Source: Thermodesulfobacteriota bacterium (lineage in GTDB: Bacteria > Desulfobacterota_D > UBA1144 > Nemesobacterales > Nemesobacteraceae). Taken from it: a stretch of 64,000 bases of DNA. Below are positions 38,672-47,305 of the stretch, in pieces. Below the pieces are notes generated by a model that had not been told where the DNA came from, searched no databases, and saw only the letters and a list, made by a program, of their open reading frames with translations. The DNA is taken from contig OZ241855.1 in the NCBI GenBank assembly GCA_965202785.1, forward strand, positions 1,568,001 to 1,632,000. Direction: 5' to 3'. How positions within the stretch are numbered: the first letter of the stretch is position 1; each line of letters opens with the position of its first letter. A program made the translations under genes and the position numbers.

Positions 38672-41491
38672 ATGCAGCAGAAAATAAACTACAAAGACAC
38701 TCTTAACCTTCCCAGAACGAATTTCCCGATGAAGGCCAACCTGCAGCAGAAAGAACCTCTCATCCAGAAATCCTGGGAAAAGGAAGACCTCTTCGGAAAA
38801 ATCCGCGAAAAAAGCCGTAACCGTGAAAAGTTCCTTTTCCACGACGGACCCCCTTACGCAAATGGCCCCATTCACCTGGGCCACCTGCTTAACAAGGTTC
38901 TAAAGGACCTGGTCGTACGGTCAAAGGTAATGGAAGGGTTTGACGTGGATTTCGTTCCCGGCTGGGATTGTCACGGTCTTCCGATAGAGCACAAGGTCTT
39001 AAAAGAACTGGGGGAGGACGCCTCCGCCATGACAGCGCTCTCAATCAGGCGCAGCTGCGGCAAATATGCAGCGAAATACGTGAAAATGCAGTCAAAGCAG
39101 ATGATTCGTCTCGGCACTCTGGCCAACTACAAAAAACCTTATCTGACGATGACCCCCGATTATGAAGCCGGAGTGTTAAAGGCCTTCTCGCAACTGCTTG
39201 AAAAAGGGCTTGTCTACAGGGACCTGAAACCTGTCCACTGGTCAATTGAAAACCGTACCGCCCTCGCCGAGGCGGAACTCGAATACCACGAAAGAGAGGA
39301 CAAAAGCGTTTACGTGCTCTTTGAAATTGACGACCCGGCGGCGCTGCCCCCCTCCCTTAACGCGGAACAAGCCGAGAGGGTATGCCTTATCATATGGACC
39401 ACAACGCCCTGGACCCTTCCGGCGAACCTCGCCGTCGCCGTCGCCCCGAAGGGGAAATACGGTCTTTACAGATCCCCTGAGGGTGAGAATCTGATTGTCG
39501 GCGAGGCGCTTTGCGAAGAAGTTTTCGAGAAATCAGGAAGAAAGGATTACGAAAAAGTCGGTTCCTGCCTTGGAGAGGAGCTGTCGCGACGGGGCGTATC
39601 ATGCAGCCATCCGTTTATTGACAGAAAATCGGTTGTAGTAACGGCCGACTACGTGACTTTCTCAACCGGCACCGGATGTGTCCACACGGCCCCCGGTCAC
39701 GGCGATGAGGACTACAGAACCGGTCTTGAGGAGGGGCTTGATATCTACTGTCCGGTTAGAGGGGACGGCACTTTTGACGATACGGTACCGGAGTGGCTGA
39801 GAGGAAAGGGGGCCTGGGAAAGCAATGAATTAATAACGCAGAGACTTGCCGAGAGCGGAAATCTTTTTCACTCGGAACCCTACGTCCACAGTTACCCGCA
39901 TGACTGGCGAAGCAAGACGCCTACCATATTCAGAGCAACGGATCAGTGGTTCATACATATGGACAAACCGTTTGGCGATGCCGGAAAGACCCTGAGAGAA
40001 ATCGCCATTGACGCAGTCGGGGAAAACATTGATTTCTATCCCGACTGGGGAAGAAGCCGCCTCGGCGGAATGCTTGAGTCAAGGCCCGACTGGTGCATAT
40101 CCAGGCAAAGATCATGGGGGCTTCCGCTTCCGTACTTCACGGACGGAGAGGGAAGGGCGGTTATGACGGCGAAAATCGTTGTGGCCGTTGCCGAAAAAAT
40201 AGGAGAGAAGGGTTCTGACGTCTGGTTTTTCTCCGAACCGCACCAGCTTCTTGATAGCTATGATCCCCAAGACGACCCCGAAGCCCCGGATTGGCTTAAG
40301 TCAAAAGACGACTTAGAAGGCCTTTTAAAAGGCAATGACGTATTTGACGTGTGGCTTGAATCAGGCTCGTCCTGGAACTCGGTCCTCAACGCAAGAGATC
40401 TCGGGTACCCGGCGGATATGTACCTTGAGGGTTCGGACCAGCACAGGGGATGGTTCCAGTCCTCGCTCCTCGTGGCTCTGGGAGCAACCGGAGAACCCCC
40501 TTTCCGCGCCCTTTTTACCCATGGATTCATGGTGGACGCCCGGGGCAGGAAGATGAGCAAATCCGGCGGCAACGCGATCGAGGTTGAAGATATTCTCAGC
40601 AAATACGGGGCGGACATATGCAGATGGTGGGTAAGTTCGCTTAGCTACTCAAACGATATAAAGGTCGACTGGGAGTTTTTCGACATCGCCGCGGACGAGT
40701 ACAGAAAAATAAGGAATACCGTACGGTTTCTGCTCGGGAACCTAAGTGATTTCGACCCGGAACAAGACAGTGTCGAATTCAACGAGGACGACAGGTATTC
40801 GATTGACCACTGGGCGTACTGCGAGTTCACCAGGTTCGCGAACGAAACCTTGGATGCCTATTCAGGCTTTAGCTACAAGCAGGCAAGCGATCTTATTTTC
40901 TCTTTTTGCTGCGACGAGATGAGCGCCGTTTACCTCGCGTGCATAAAAGACAGGCTTTACTGCGAAAAAAAAGACAGCAGGAAAAGAAGACGCGCCCAGA
41001 CGGTCATGTACCAGGTAGCCGACGGAATCATAAAGTTTCTCGCCCCTATCCTGGTCCATACTTCTTTTGAAGCCTATAAATCCCTGAAAAAAGATGACGA
41101 TGCCAACGTGCACCTCGAAACGTTTCCGCGCGTTGAGAAAGTTGAGGCCGACAAAACCTGGAACGATGTTATGGATATAAGGAAACTATGCCTAAAAGCC
41201 CTTGAGGATGCGCGGGGGGAGGGCGGCATAAACAATCCCCTTGACGCTGCTCTTTCCGTGACGGTTAACAAAGACCTTTTTGACGAGATAAAGAAGTTCG
41301 AACCGGAGCTTGAAGACCTCTGCGGGGTAAGCAGATTCGAGGTTTTTGCGGGAGAAAAGATCCATGTGGAACTTACTGATCTTTCCGAGGAACCCAGATG
41401 CGAGCGGTCCTGGAAGAGGGGAAGAACCGTAAAGAAAAGGTCAAACGGAAGATTCCTGAGCGAAAGGGATGCCTCAGCGCTCGGGCTTTAG
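38672..41491 (+). CDS. ileS: Isoleucine--tRNA ligase
   Basis: DGPPYANG.IHLGH, GWDCHGLPIE, WTTTPWTLP, WCISRQR, EGSDQHRGWF, KMSKS. Confidence 0.97.
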   Translation: MQQKINYKDTLNLPRTNFPMKANLQQKEPLIQKSWEKEDLFGKIREKSRNREKFLFHDGPPYANGPIHLGHLLNKVLKDLVVRSKVMEGFDVDFVPGWDCHGLPIEHKVLKELGEDASAMTALSIRRSCGKYAAKYVKMQSKQMIRLGTLANYKKPYLTMTPDYEAGVLKAFSQLLEKGLVYRDLKPVHWSIENRTALAEAELEYHEREDKSVYVLFEIDDPAALPPSLNAEQAERVCLIIWTTTPWTLPANLAVAVAPKGKYGLYRSPEGENLIVGEALCEEVFEKSGRKDYEKVGSCLGEELSRRGVSCSHPFIDRKSVVVTADYVTFSTGTGCVHTAPGHGDEDYRTGLEEGLDIYCPVRGDGTFDDTVPEWLRGKGAWESNELITQRLAESGNLFHSEPYVHSYPHDWRSKTPTIFRATDQWFIHMDKPFGDAGKTLREIAIDAVGENIDFYPDWGRSRLGGMLESRPDWCISRQRSWGLPLPYFTDGEGRAVMTAKIVVAVAEKIGEKGSDVWFFSEPHQLLDSYDPQDDPEAPDWLKSKDDLEGLLKGNDVFDVWLESGSSWNSVLNARDLGYPADMYLEGSDQHRGWFQSSLLVALGATGEPPFRALFTHGFMVDARGRKMSKSGGNAIEVEDILSKYGADICRWWVSSLSYSNDIKVDWEFFDIAADEYRKIRNTVRFLLGNLSDFDPEQDSVEFNEDDRYSIDHWAYCEFTRFANETLDAYSGFSYKQASDLIFSFCCDEMSAVYLACIKDRLYCEKKDSRKRRRAQTVMYQVADGIIKFLAPILVHTSFEAYKSLKKDDDANVHLETFPRVEKVEADKTWNDVMDIRKLCLKALEDARGEGGINNPLDAALSVTVNKDLFDEIKKFEPELEDLCGVSRFEVFAGEKIHVELTDLSEEPRCERSWKRGRTVKKRSNGRFLSERDASALGL

Positions 41492-41538
41492 TCCGTTTTT
41501 ACGCGGCAATAAATCCGTAACAGCTTCAGCGGTGGAAA

Positions 41539-41880
41539 TTATCCGGGAGGCCAGGTGAGTTTCCTTCCGCCGAGAATATGTATGTGCAGGTGAAAAACGC
41601 TTTGTCCCGCGTCTTCGTTCGTGTTGACTACAAGCCTGTACCCGCCCTCGCTAAGGCCGAGCATTGAAGCTATTTCCGAAGCCTTGACCATAAGGTGTCC
41701 CAGGACGGTCTGATCTCCGGTTTCAACGGTCGCCATTGAGACTATTTCCTTTTTCGGTATCAGAAGGACATGAACGGGAGCCTGGGGGTTTATATCTCTG
41801 AAAGCCAGACAGACATCGTCTTCGTATACTATGTCGGCTGGAATTTCTCGGTTTATTATCTGTGTGAAAATCGTGCTCAT
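41539..41880 (-). CDS. hinT: Histidine triad nucleotide-binding protein
   Basis: AFRDINPQAPVH, GQSVFHLHIH, WPPG. Confidence 0.92.
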   Translation of the reverse strand: MSTIFTQIINREIPADIVYEDDVCLAFRDINPQAPVHVLLIPKKEIVSMATVETGDQTVLGHLMVKASEIASMLGLSEGGYRLVVNTNEDAGQSVFHLHIHILGGRKLTWPPG

Positions 41881-42038
41881 GGCTGTGATTGTCCACAAAC
41901 TTAGTTCTGATGTCAAAAACCCTTACTAAGTCTTCCGGCCTATTAGCGGAAACTATTTCACAGAACAAAAGCTTATTTACGGGAAGACTGGCAACGGTTT
42001 GTAGAAATCCCGTGGGTTAAAGTTATCTTATATGGAGT

Positions 42039-42791
42039 ATGGCCCCGCCCGAAAGAAAACAGAAAATCCGTCTTTTCATAAGTTGCCTTGTAGATAATTT
42101 TTTTCCCCAAGTAGGAGAAGCGATGCTGAGAGTTCTCTCCGGCATGGGGCTTGAAGTTGAATTTCCGCAAGACCAGACATGCTGCGGACAGCCCGCTTTT
42201 AATTCTGGTCACAGGGAAGAAGCCGAGAGAGTTGCCTGTCACTTCCTCGATGTCTTTGGTGATGGGGACGAGGCAATCGTGTGTCCTTCGGGTTCATGCG
42301 TGTCCATGGTAAAAAATTACTACACGGAGCTTTTCCGTAATGACCCGGAGAAACTGTCTCGTACGGAGAAAATCTCATCCAACGTCTATGAATTCTCCGA
42401 ATTCGTTTTCCAGAGAAAAGAAACAATCAGTCTTGACTCCGCATACAGGGGCAGGGTCACGTTTCACGATTCCTGCCATGCGCTTCGGGAGCTCGGGATA
42501 AGCTCTCAGCCCCGGGAACTTATCAAATCCCTGAGCGGAGTTGATCTGATTGAAATGGAGATGGCTGATGCCTGCTGCGGTTTTGGAGGAACTTTTTCCA
42601 TCAAGTACCCGGAAGTATCGAAATCCATGCTTCAGGAAAAAACGGATTCAATCGTGAATTCAGGCGCTGACGCCGTGGTTTCAACCGACATGGGGTGTCT
42701 TATGAACATAAAGGGGTTTGTATCCAGAAAGAAACTGCCCGTAAAAGTGCTTCATCTGGCCGAGCTTCTTGCTTTTGAGGGTTCTGAATGA
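42039..42791 (+). CDS. lutA: Lactate utilization protein A (CCG domains)
   Basis: QTCCGQP, PSGSC, HDSCH, CCGFGGTF, DMGCLM. Confidence 0.9.
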   Translation: MAPPERKQKIRLFISCLVDNFFPQVGEAMLRVLSGMGLEVEFPQDQTCCGQPAFNSGHREEAERVACHFLDVFGDGDEAIVCPSGSCVSMVKNYYTELFRNDPEKLSRTEKISSNVYEFSEFVFQRKETISLDSAYRGRVTFHDSCHALRELGISSQPRELIKSLSGVDLIEMEMADACCGFGGTFSIKYPEVSKSMLQEKTDSIVNSGADAVVSTDMGCLMNIKGFVSRKKLPVKVLHLAELLAFEGSE

Positions 42792-44230
42792 TTACCGAAC
42801 GCATAGACTTCAAGAAAAATTCCGTGGAAGCCCTCGGGAATCCCAAGCTGAAAAAGGCTCTTGTGAATTTCACCGACAGATCAAGAAGTTCCAGGAAAAA
42901 AGCGGTGAGCGAGGTTTCCGAGTGGGAAGAGCTCAGGTCCGAAGCCAGGCGAATAAAAGAAGAAGTAATCAAGAATCTGGACAGCTATCTTCTGGAACTT
43001 GAAGAAAGCGTTACCAGGGTAGGGGGCAAGGTGCACTGGGCAAAAGACGCCGAAGAAGCTTCCGCAATAGTGGTCGATATAGCCAGAGAAAACAACGTCA
43101 GAAACGTCGTGAAAAGCAAATCGATGGCCACAGAGGAGATAGAACTTAACAGACACCTTATATCGAACGGGATAAACACCGTGGAAACCGACCTCGGAGA
43201 ATACATAGTGCAGCTCTGTGACGATCATCCTTTCCACATAATCACCCCCGCGATCCACAAGACCAAGGAAGATATTTCAAAGCTTTTCTCCGAGAAATTC
43301 GGAGTGCCTGAGTATGAAGAGCCGCAGAAACTTACCAACTTAGCAAGGAAAGAACTGAGAGAGAAATTTCTCTCGGCCGATATGGGTATTTCCGGGGTTA
43401 ATTTCGCCGTAGCGGAGACAGGAACCATAGCAATAGTCGAAAACGAGGGTAACGCCAGGCTCGCGACCACATTCCCGGACATACATGTGGCTATCATGGG
43501 AATAGAGAAGATCGTCCCCAGGTTCGAGCAGCTTTCCATTTTCCTCAGCCTGCTGGCAAGAAGTGCTACGGGTCAGAAATCATCCACCTATGTTTCTCTC
43601 ATAACGGGCCCCAAGAGGGAAGGGGAGAGTGACGGCCCCCGGCAGTTTCACCTGGTTTTTGTTGATAACGGAAGAAGCGATATCGCGAAATCGGAGGAAA
43701 CCAGGGAATCGCTTTACTGTATAAGATGCGGAGCCTGCATCAACATATGTCCGGTTTACAGGCAGGTTGGAGGGCATAGTTACGGATGGGTTTATTCGGG
43801 ACCGATAGGGGCAATAATAACTCCGCAGCTAAACGATCCGCAAAAAACCGCGGATCTGCCGTTTGCGTCTTCTCTCTGCGGAGCCTGCAGGGACGTATGC
43901 CCTGTAAAGATCGATTTTCCCCATGTTCTTCTCTCTCTGAGGCAAAAAGTAGTGGAAGAAACCAAGGGAAGGGCGAATCTGCCGGGATTTATGGAGAAAA
44001 TTGCCTTTCGGGTCTGGAGTTTCGTCTTCAGCAAGCCATTTTACTACAGTCTTACGGGAAGAATGATGGTCTTCCTGCAGTATTTTTACCAAAAAGACAA
44101 TGAATTAAGGGGACTTCCATATCCTTTTTCAAAGTGGACCAAAGAAAAGAACTTCCCTGCTTTCTCGAGAAAACCTTTCAGAAAGAGATGGAAAGAGAAA
44201 TACCACGGCAAAAACGGAGTGCCAAGATGA
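42788..44230 (+). CDS. lutB: Lactate utilization protein B (Fe-S)
   Basis: KSKSM, ETDLGE, ENEGN, CIRCGACINICPVY, SSLCGACRDVCP. Confidence 0.93.
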   Translation: MITERIDFKKNSVEALGNPKLKKALVNFTDRSRSSRKKAVSEVSEWEELRSEARRIKEEVIKNLDSYLLELEESVTRVGGKVHWAKDAEEASAIVVDIARENNVRNVVKSKSMATEEIELNRHLISNGINTVETDLGEYIVQLCDDHPFHIITPAIHKTKEDISKLFSEKFGVPEYEEPQKLTNLARKELREKFLSADMGISGVNFAVAETGTIAIVENEGNARLATTFPDIHVAIMGIEKIVPRFEQLSIFLSLLARSATGQKSSTYVSLITGPKREGESDGPRQFHLVFVDNGRSDIAKSEETRESLYCIRCGACINICPVYRQVGGHSYGWVYSGPIGAIITPQLNDPQKTADLPFASSLCGACRDVCPVKIDFPHVLLSLRQKVVEETKGRANLPGFMEKIAFRVWSFVFSKPFYYSLTGRMMVFLQYFYQKDNELRGLPYPFSKWTKEKNFPAFSRKPFRKRWKEKYHGKNGVPR

Positions 44231-44853
44231 TTTCCAAGGAATCTAAGTCACTTATACTACAAAACTTACGTTCTGTATCAACAATGGAGGAAGGCGGAAG
44301 AGAAACTACGGAGAATAGTTTTCTAAACCCTCAATTATCTATTGATCAAAGTAAGTTGCAAAACGATTTTATAGTAAACTTTGAGATGGTATCCGGGGAA
44401 GTTCATCTTCTCAAAGAAAAAGGAAGTCTAATTGAGAAAATAAATGAACTTATCCAGGAAATTGGTGCCCAGTCGGTTTCCTTCTGGAATACAAACCCCT
44501 TGAGATCACTTGAGATTGCCTCGGAAACTGATCTCGCAACCGCAGATATAGGCATAACTGGAGCCGATTTCGCCATTGCTGACACCGGAACTTTGGTTTT
44601 GCTCTCCGGTCCGGAGCAGCCGAGACTTACTTCGCTTCTACCTCCCGTGCATATAGCGATACTTGAAAAGGAAAACATAGTTTTGAATATTCATGCTTTG
44701 TTTGCAAAGCTCGGGGAATCTTATAAAAAAAATTATGATGAATTGTGTACGTGTATTTCTTTTATAACCGGGCCGAGCAGGACGGCTGATATAGAACTCA
44801 ACCTTACACTGGGAGTTCATGGTCCAGGAAGAGCAATAGTTATAATTGTCTAA
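44227..44853 (+). CDS. lutC: Lactate utilization protein C (LUD domain)
   Basis: AIADTGT, SLLPPVHI, ITGPSRTADIE..L.LGVHGP; ATGA overlap with lutB. Confidence 0.9.
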   Translation: MISKESKSLILQNLRSVSTMEEGGRETTENSFLNPQLSIDQSKLQNDFIVNFEMVSGEVHLLKEKGSLIEKINELIQEIGAQSVSFWNTNPLRSLEIASETDLATADIGITGADFAIADTGTLVLLSGPEQPRLTSLLPPVHIAILEKENIVLNIHALFAKLGESYKKNYDELCTCISFITGPSRTADIELNLTLGVHGPGRAIVIIV

Positions 44854-44946
44854 AAACCAATAAGCTTTTACCTCTAACTACCTTTAATTACTCATAAATA
44901 TGTCCTATATGATACTCCTTTTCGATTTTCCCGGCGAAAATATCCA

Positions 44947-44974
44947 ACGTCCGATAATGTATATTATGTAAACT
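44947..44974 (+). other. dif site (XerC/XerD chromosome dimer resolution site)
   Basis: ACGTCCGATAA-TGTATA-TTATGTAAACT versus E. coli dif GGTGCGCATAA-TGTATA-TTATGTTAAAT; intergenic; KOPS converge on it. Confidence 0.88.
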
Positions 44975-45094
44975 TATATAAATCCATGAACAAATCCAGG
45001 AGAATCAGCGACAAGCGCCCTATTTCACCGCTGTTCTTGATTTTTTCTCATATGTCCGGATGATTTTCTGGAAATATGGGAGATTTTATAAGCC

Positions 45095-45451
45095 ATGCCT
45101 ATTTACGAGTATGAATGCAAAAAGTGTGAAAGTGTGTTTGAAATCCTTCAGGGCTTTAATGATAAGCCTGCCACTAAGTGTGAAGAGTGTGGAGGAAGAC
45201 TTAAAAGAATCATCTCTGTTTCAGCTTTTCATCTGAAAGGCTCGGGCTGGTATGAAACCGACTACGGGAAGAAGAAGATATCTGAGCTCAAGCAGCTAAA
45301 AGATCACGATGTCGGAGAAGGTGCCCCCGCCTCTTCTTCTCAGAGTCCCGTTCTTCCGACGGAACAAGCCGCTGTTTCAGGTTCCAGCCAGACATATGAC
45401 TCGATAAAGTCTGACACGAAAAAAGCAAAGTCAAAGCAGAAGAAAAAATAG
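45095..45451 (+). CDS. FmdB-family zinc-ribbon protein
   Basis: MPIYEYECKKC...CEECGG...LKGSGWY.TDY. Confidence 0.9.
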   Translation: MPIYEYECKKCESVFEILQGFNDKPATKCEECGGRLKRIISVSAFHLKGSGWYETDYGKKKISELKQLKDHDVGEGAPASSSQSPVLPTEQAAVSGSSQTYDSIKSDTKKAKSKQKKK

Positions 45452-45454
45452 CTT

Positions 45455-46246
45455 ATGGATCTCGGCATAAAGAGAAAGGTCGCCTTGGTGGCGGCGTCCA
45501 GCAAGGGAATCGGAAAAGCAACAGCTTTCGCTCTTGCGGATGAAGGAGTAAATCTCTCCATATTTTCCCGTTCAAAAGACGAAATAGAACGCACCGCTTC
45601 AGAAATAAGAACCAGTTTCGCAGTGGATGTTCTTGCTTCCGCGGCCGACGTAACGAGCAAAGAACAGGTTGACCAAGTAATAGAAACCACGGTGCAGACG
45701 TTCGGTGGAATTGATATTCTGATAAACAACGCCGGAGGTCCCCCTTTCGGCTTCTTCGAAGATTTTGAATCACCCGACTGGCAAAGCGCCTTGGAACTCA
45801 ACCTTCTAAGCGGTATTTATATGGCGAAGAAAGTAGTTCCTCTAATGAAGAAGAAAAACTGGGGAAGAATAGTGAACATAACCTCAATAGCCGTTAAGCA
45901 ACCGATAGATGGACTGATACTTTCGAATACTTCCCGTGCCGGACTTATAGGTTTCTCGAAGACTCTTTCAAACGAACTCGCAGAGTACAATATCTTGGTA
46001 AACAACATCTGTCCCGGAAGGATCTATACTGACAGGATAAAGGCGCTCGCGGAAAAAAGGGCTGCGCAGTCGGGTATTGAATATGAAAAAGCCATAGAAG
46101 AGATGGAAAAGGACATTCCTCTAAAAAGAATAGGAACCCCTGAAGAACTGGCCGCCCTAGCCTGCTTTCTTGCTTCTGAGAAAGCAAGTTATATGACCGG
46201 GACAACTATCCAAGTTGATGGAGGGTTGTTGAGAGGGCTGTTTTAA
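45455..46246 (+). CDS. SDR-family oxidoreductase
   Basis: MDLGIK, AASSKGIG, NNAGGPP, SNTSRAGL, VDGG. Confidence 0.9.
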   Translation: MDLGIKRKVALVAASSKGIGKATAFALADEGVNLSIFSRSKDEIERTASEIRTSFAVDVLASAADVTSKEQVDQVIETTVQTFGGIDILINNAGGPPFGFFEDFESPDWQSALELNLLSGIYMAKKVVPLMKKKNWGRIVNITSIAVKQPIDGLILSNTSRAGLIGFSKTLSNELAEYNILVNNICPGRIYTDRIKALAEKRAAQSGIEYEKAIEEMEKDIPLKRIGTPEELAALACFLASEKASYMTGTTIQVDGGLLRGLF

Positions 46247-46316
46247 AAACTTGTAGGACTATATCGTTTTTTAAGGTATAATGGCATTTTCATTATAAAA
46301 AAGGTTGGTCCTGATC

Positions 46317-47186
46317 ATGCCAGAAAGTTCTGAACAAGCAGTACTGCTTACCCATTCTCCCGACCGCCCGGGTCTTCTCCGCGCAATAATCGACTTCATA
46401 TCTAGGTATGGAGGTAACATACATGAAATGCAGCACTGCATGGACACAGACGACATGGTCACCTTTGTCCGTGTAAAGTGGGCAATGGAGAAATTTTCCA
46501 TTCGCAAAGAGGAATTCTCCGAACGATTCCAAGAGGAAGTAGCTTCAGAATTCGATATAAAATTCGACATATTTTTCACCGGGAAAGTGCTGCGCATGGC
46601 GGTTTTCGTCTCAAAACTCCCACATTGTCTCTCCGATATCATATACAGGTTAAGGGTCAGGGAGTGGAATGTGGAAGTTCCCGTCATTATGAGCAATCAT
46701 CTTAATCTCAAGCCCGTTGCTGACCGCTACGGCATGGATTTCTATGTGTTCAACGACGTGGAAAACAACAAAGAGGAAGTGGAAGCCAGTCAGCTTGCGC
46801 TTCTCGCTGACTATAACGTGGATTTCATAGTGCTTGCCAGGTACATGCAGATACTTAGCGAGGATTTTGTCTCACACTACAAAAACAGGATAATCAACAT
46901 TCACCATTCCTTCCTTCCCGCCTTCCCCGGAGCGCGTCCCTACCACAACGCCTACAAAAGAGGTGTCAAGATCGTTGGAGCAACGAGCCATTACGTAACC
47001 GAGGATCTGGATTCAGGACCCATAATAGAGCAGGATGTAATACGGGTAAACTACAACGATTCCATAGACGACCTGGTGAGAAAGGGAGAGGATCTGGAGA
47101 AACAGGTTCTCTCACAGGCAATCTGGTCTCACATCAACAGGGAAATTCTGATATACAAAAACAGAACAATAATGTTCAATAAATGA
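46317..47186 (+). CDS. purU: Formyltetrahydrofolate deformylase
   Basis: ACT domain PDRPG, VLARYMQILS, INIHHSFLPAF.GA.PY, LDSGPIIEQD. Confidence 0.95.
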   Translation: MPESSEQAVLLTHSPDRPGLLRAIIDFISRYGGNIHEMQHCMDTDDMVTFVRVKWAMEKFSIRKEEFSERFQEEVASEFDIKFDIFFTGKVLRMAVFVSKLPHCLSDIIYRLRVREWNVEVPVIMSNHLNLKPVADRYGMDFYVFNDVENNKEEVEASQLALLADYNVDFIVLARYMQILSEDFVSHYKNRIINIHHSFLPAFPGARPYHNAYKRGVKIVGATSHYVTEDLDSGPIIEQDVIRVNYNDSIDDLVRKGEDLEKQVLSQAIWSHINREILIYKNRTIMFNK

Positions 47187-47305
47187 CTCAGGAAGCTTCT
47201 TGGAGTTTTTGAGCTTTTAAGCAGAAGTTCCTCGGCACTTCAAGGAAGCAGGAAGTTCGAAAAGACGAATTCCACTGAGTTGTTTCTCTGTTACCTGCTT
47301 TCCGC

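Noticed and set aside
44134-44226. Extended N-terminus of lutC in the ORF track
   Set aside because: Overlaps lutB by ~97 nt; the ATGA-coupled start at 44227 is more plausible.
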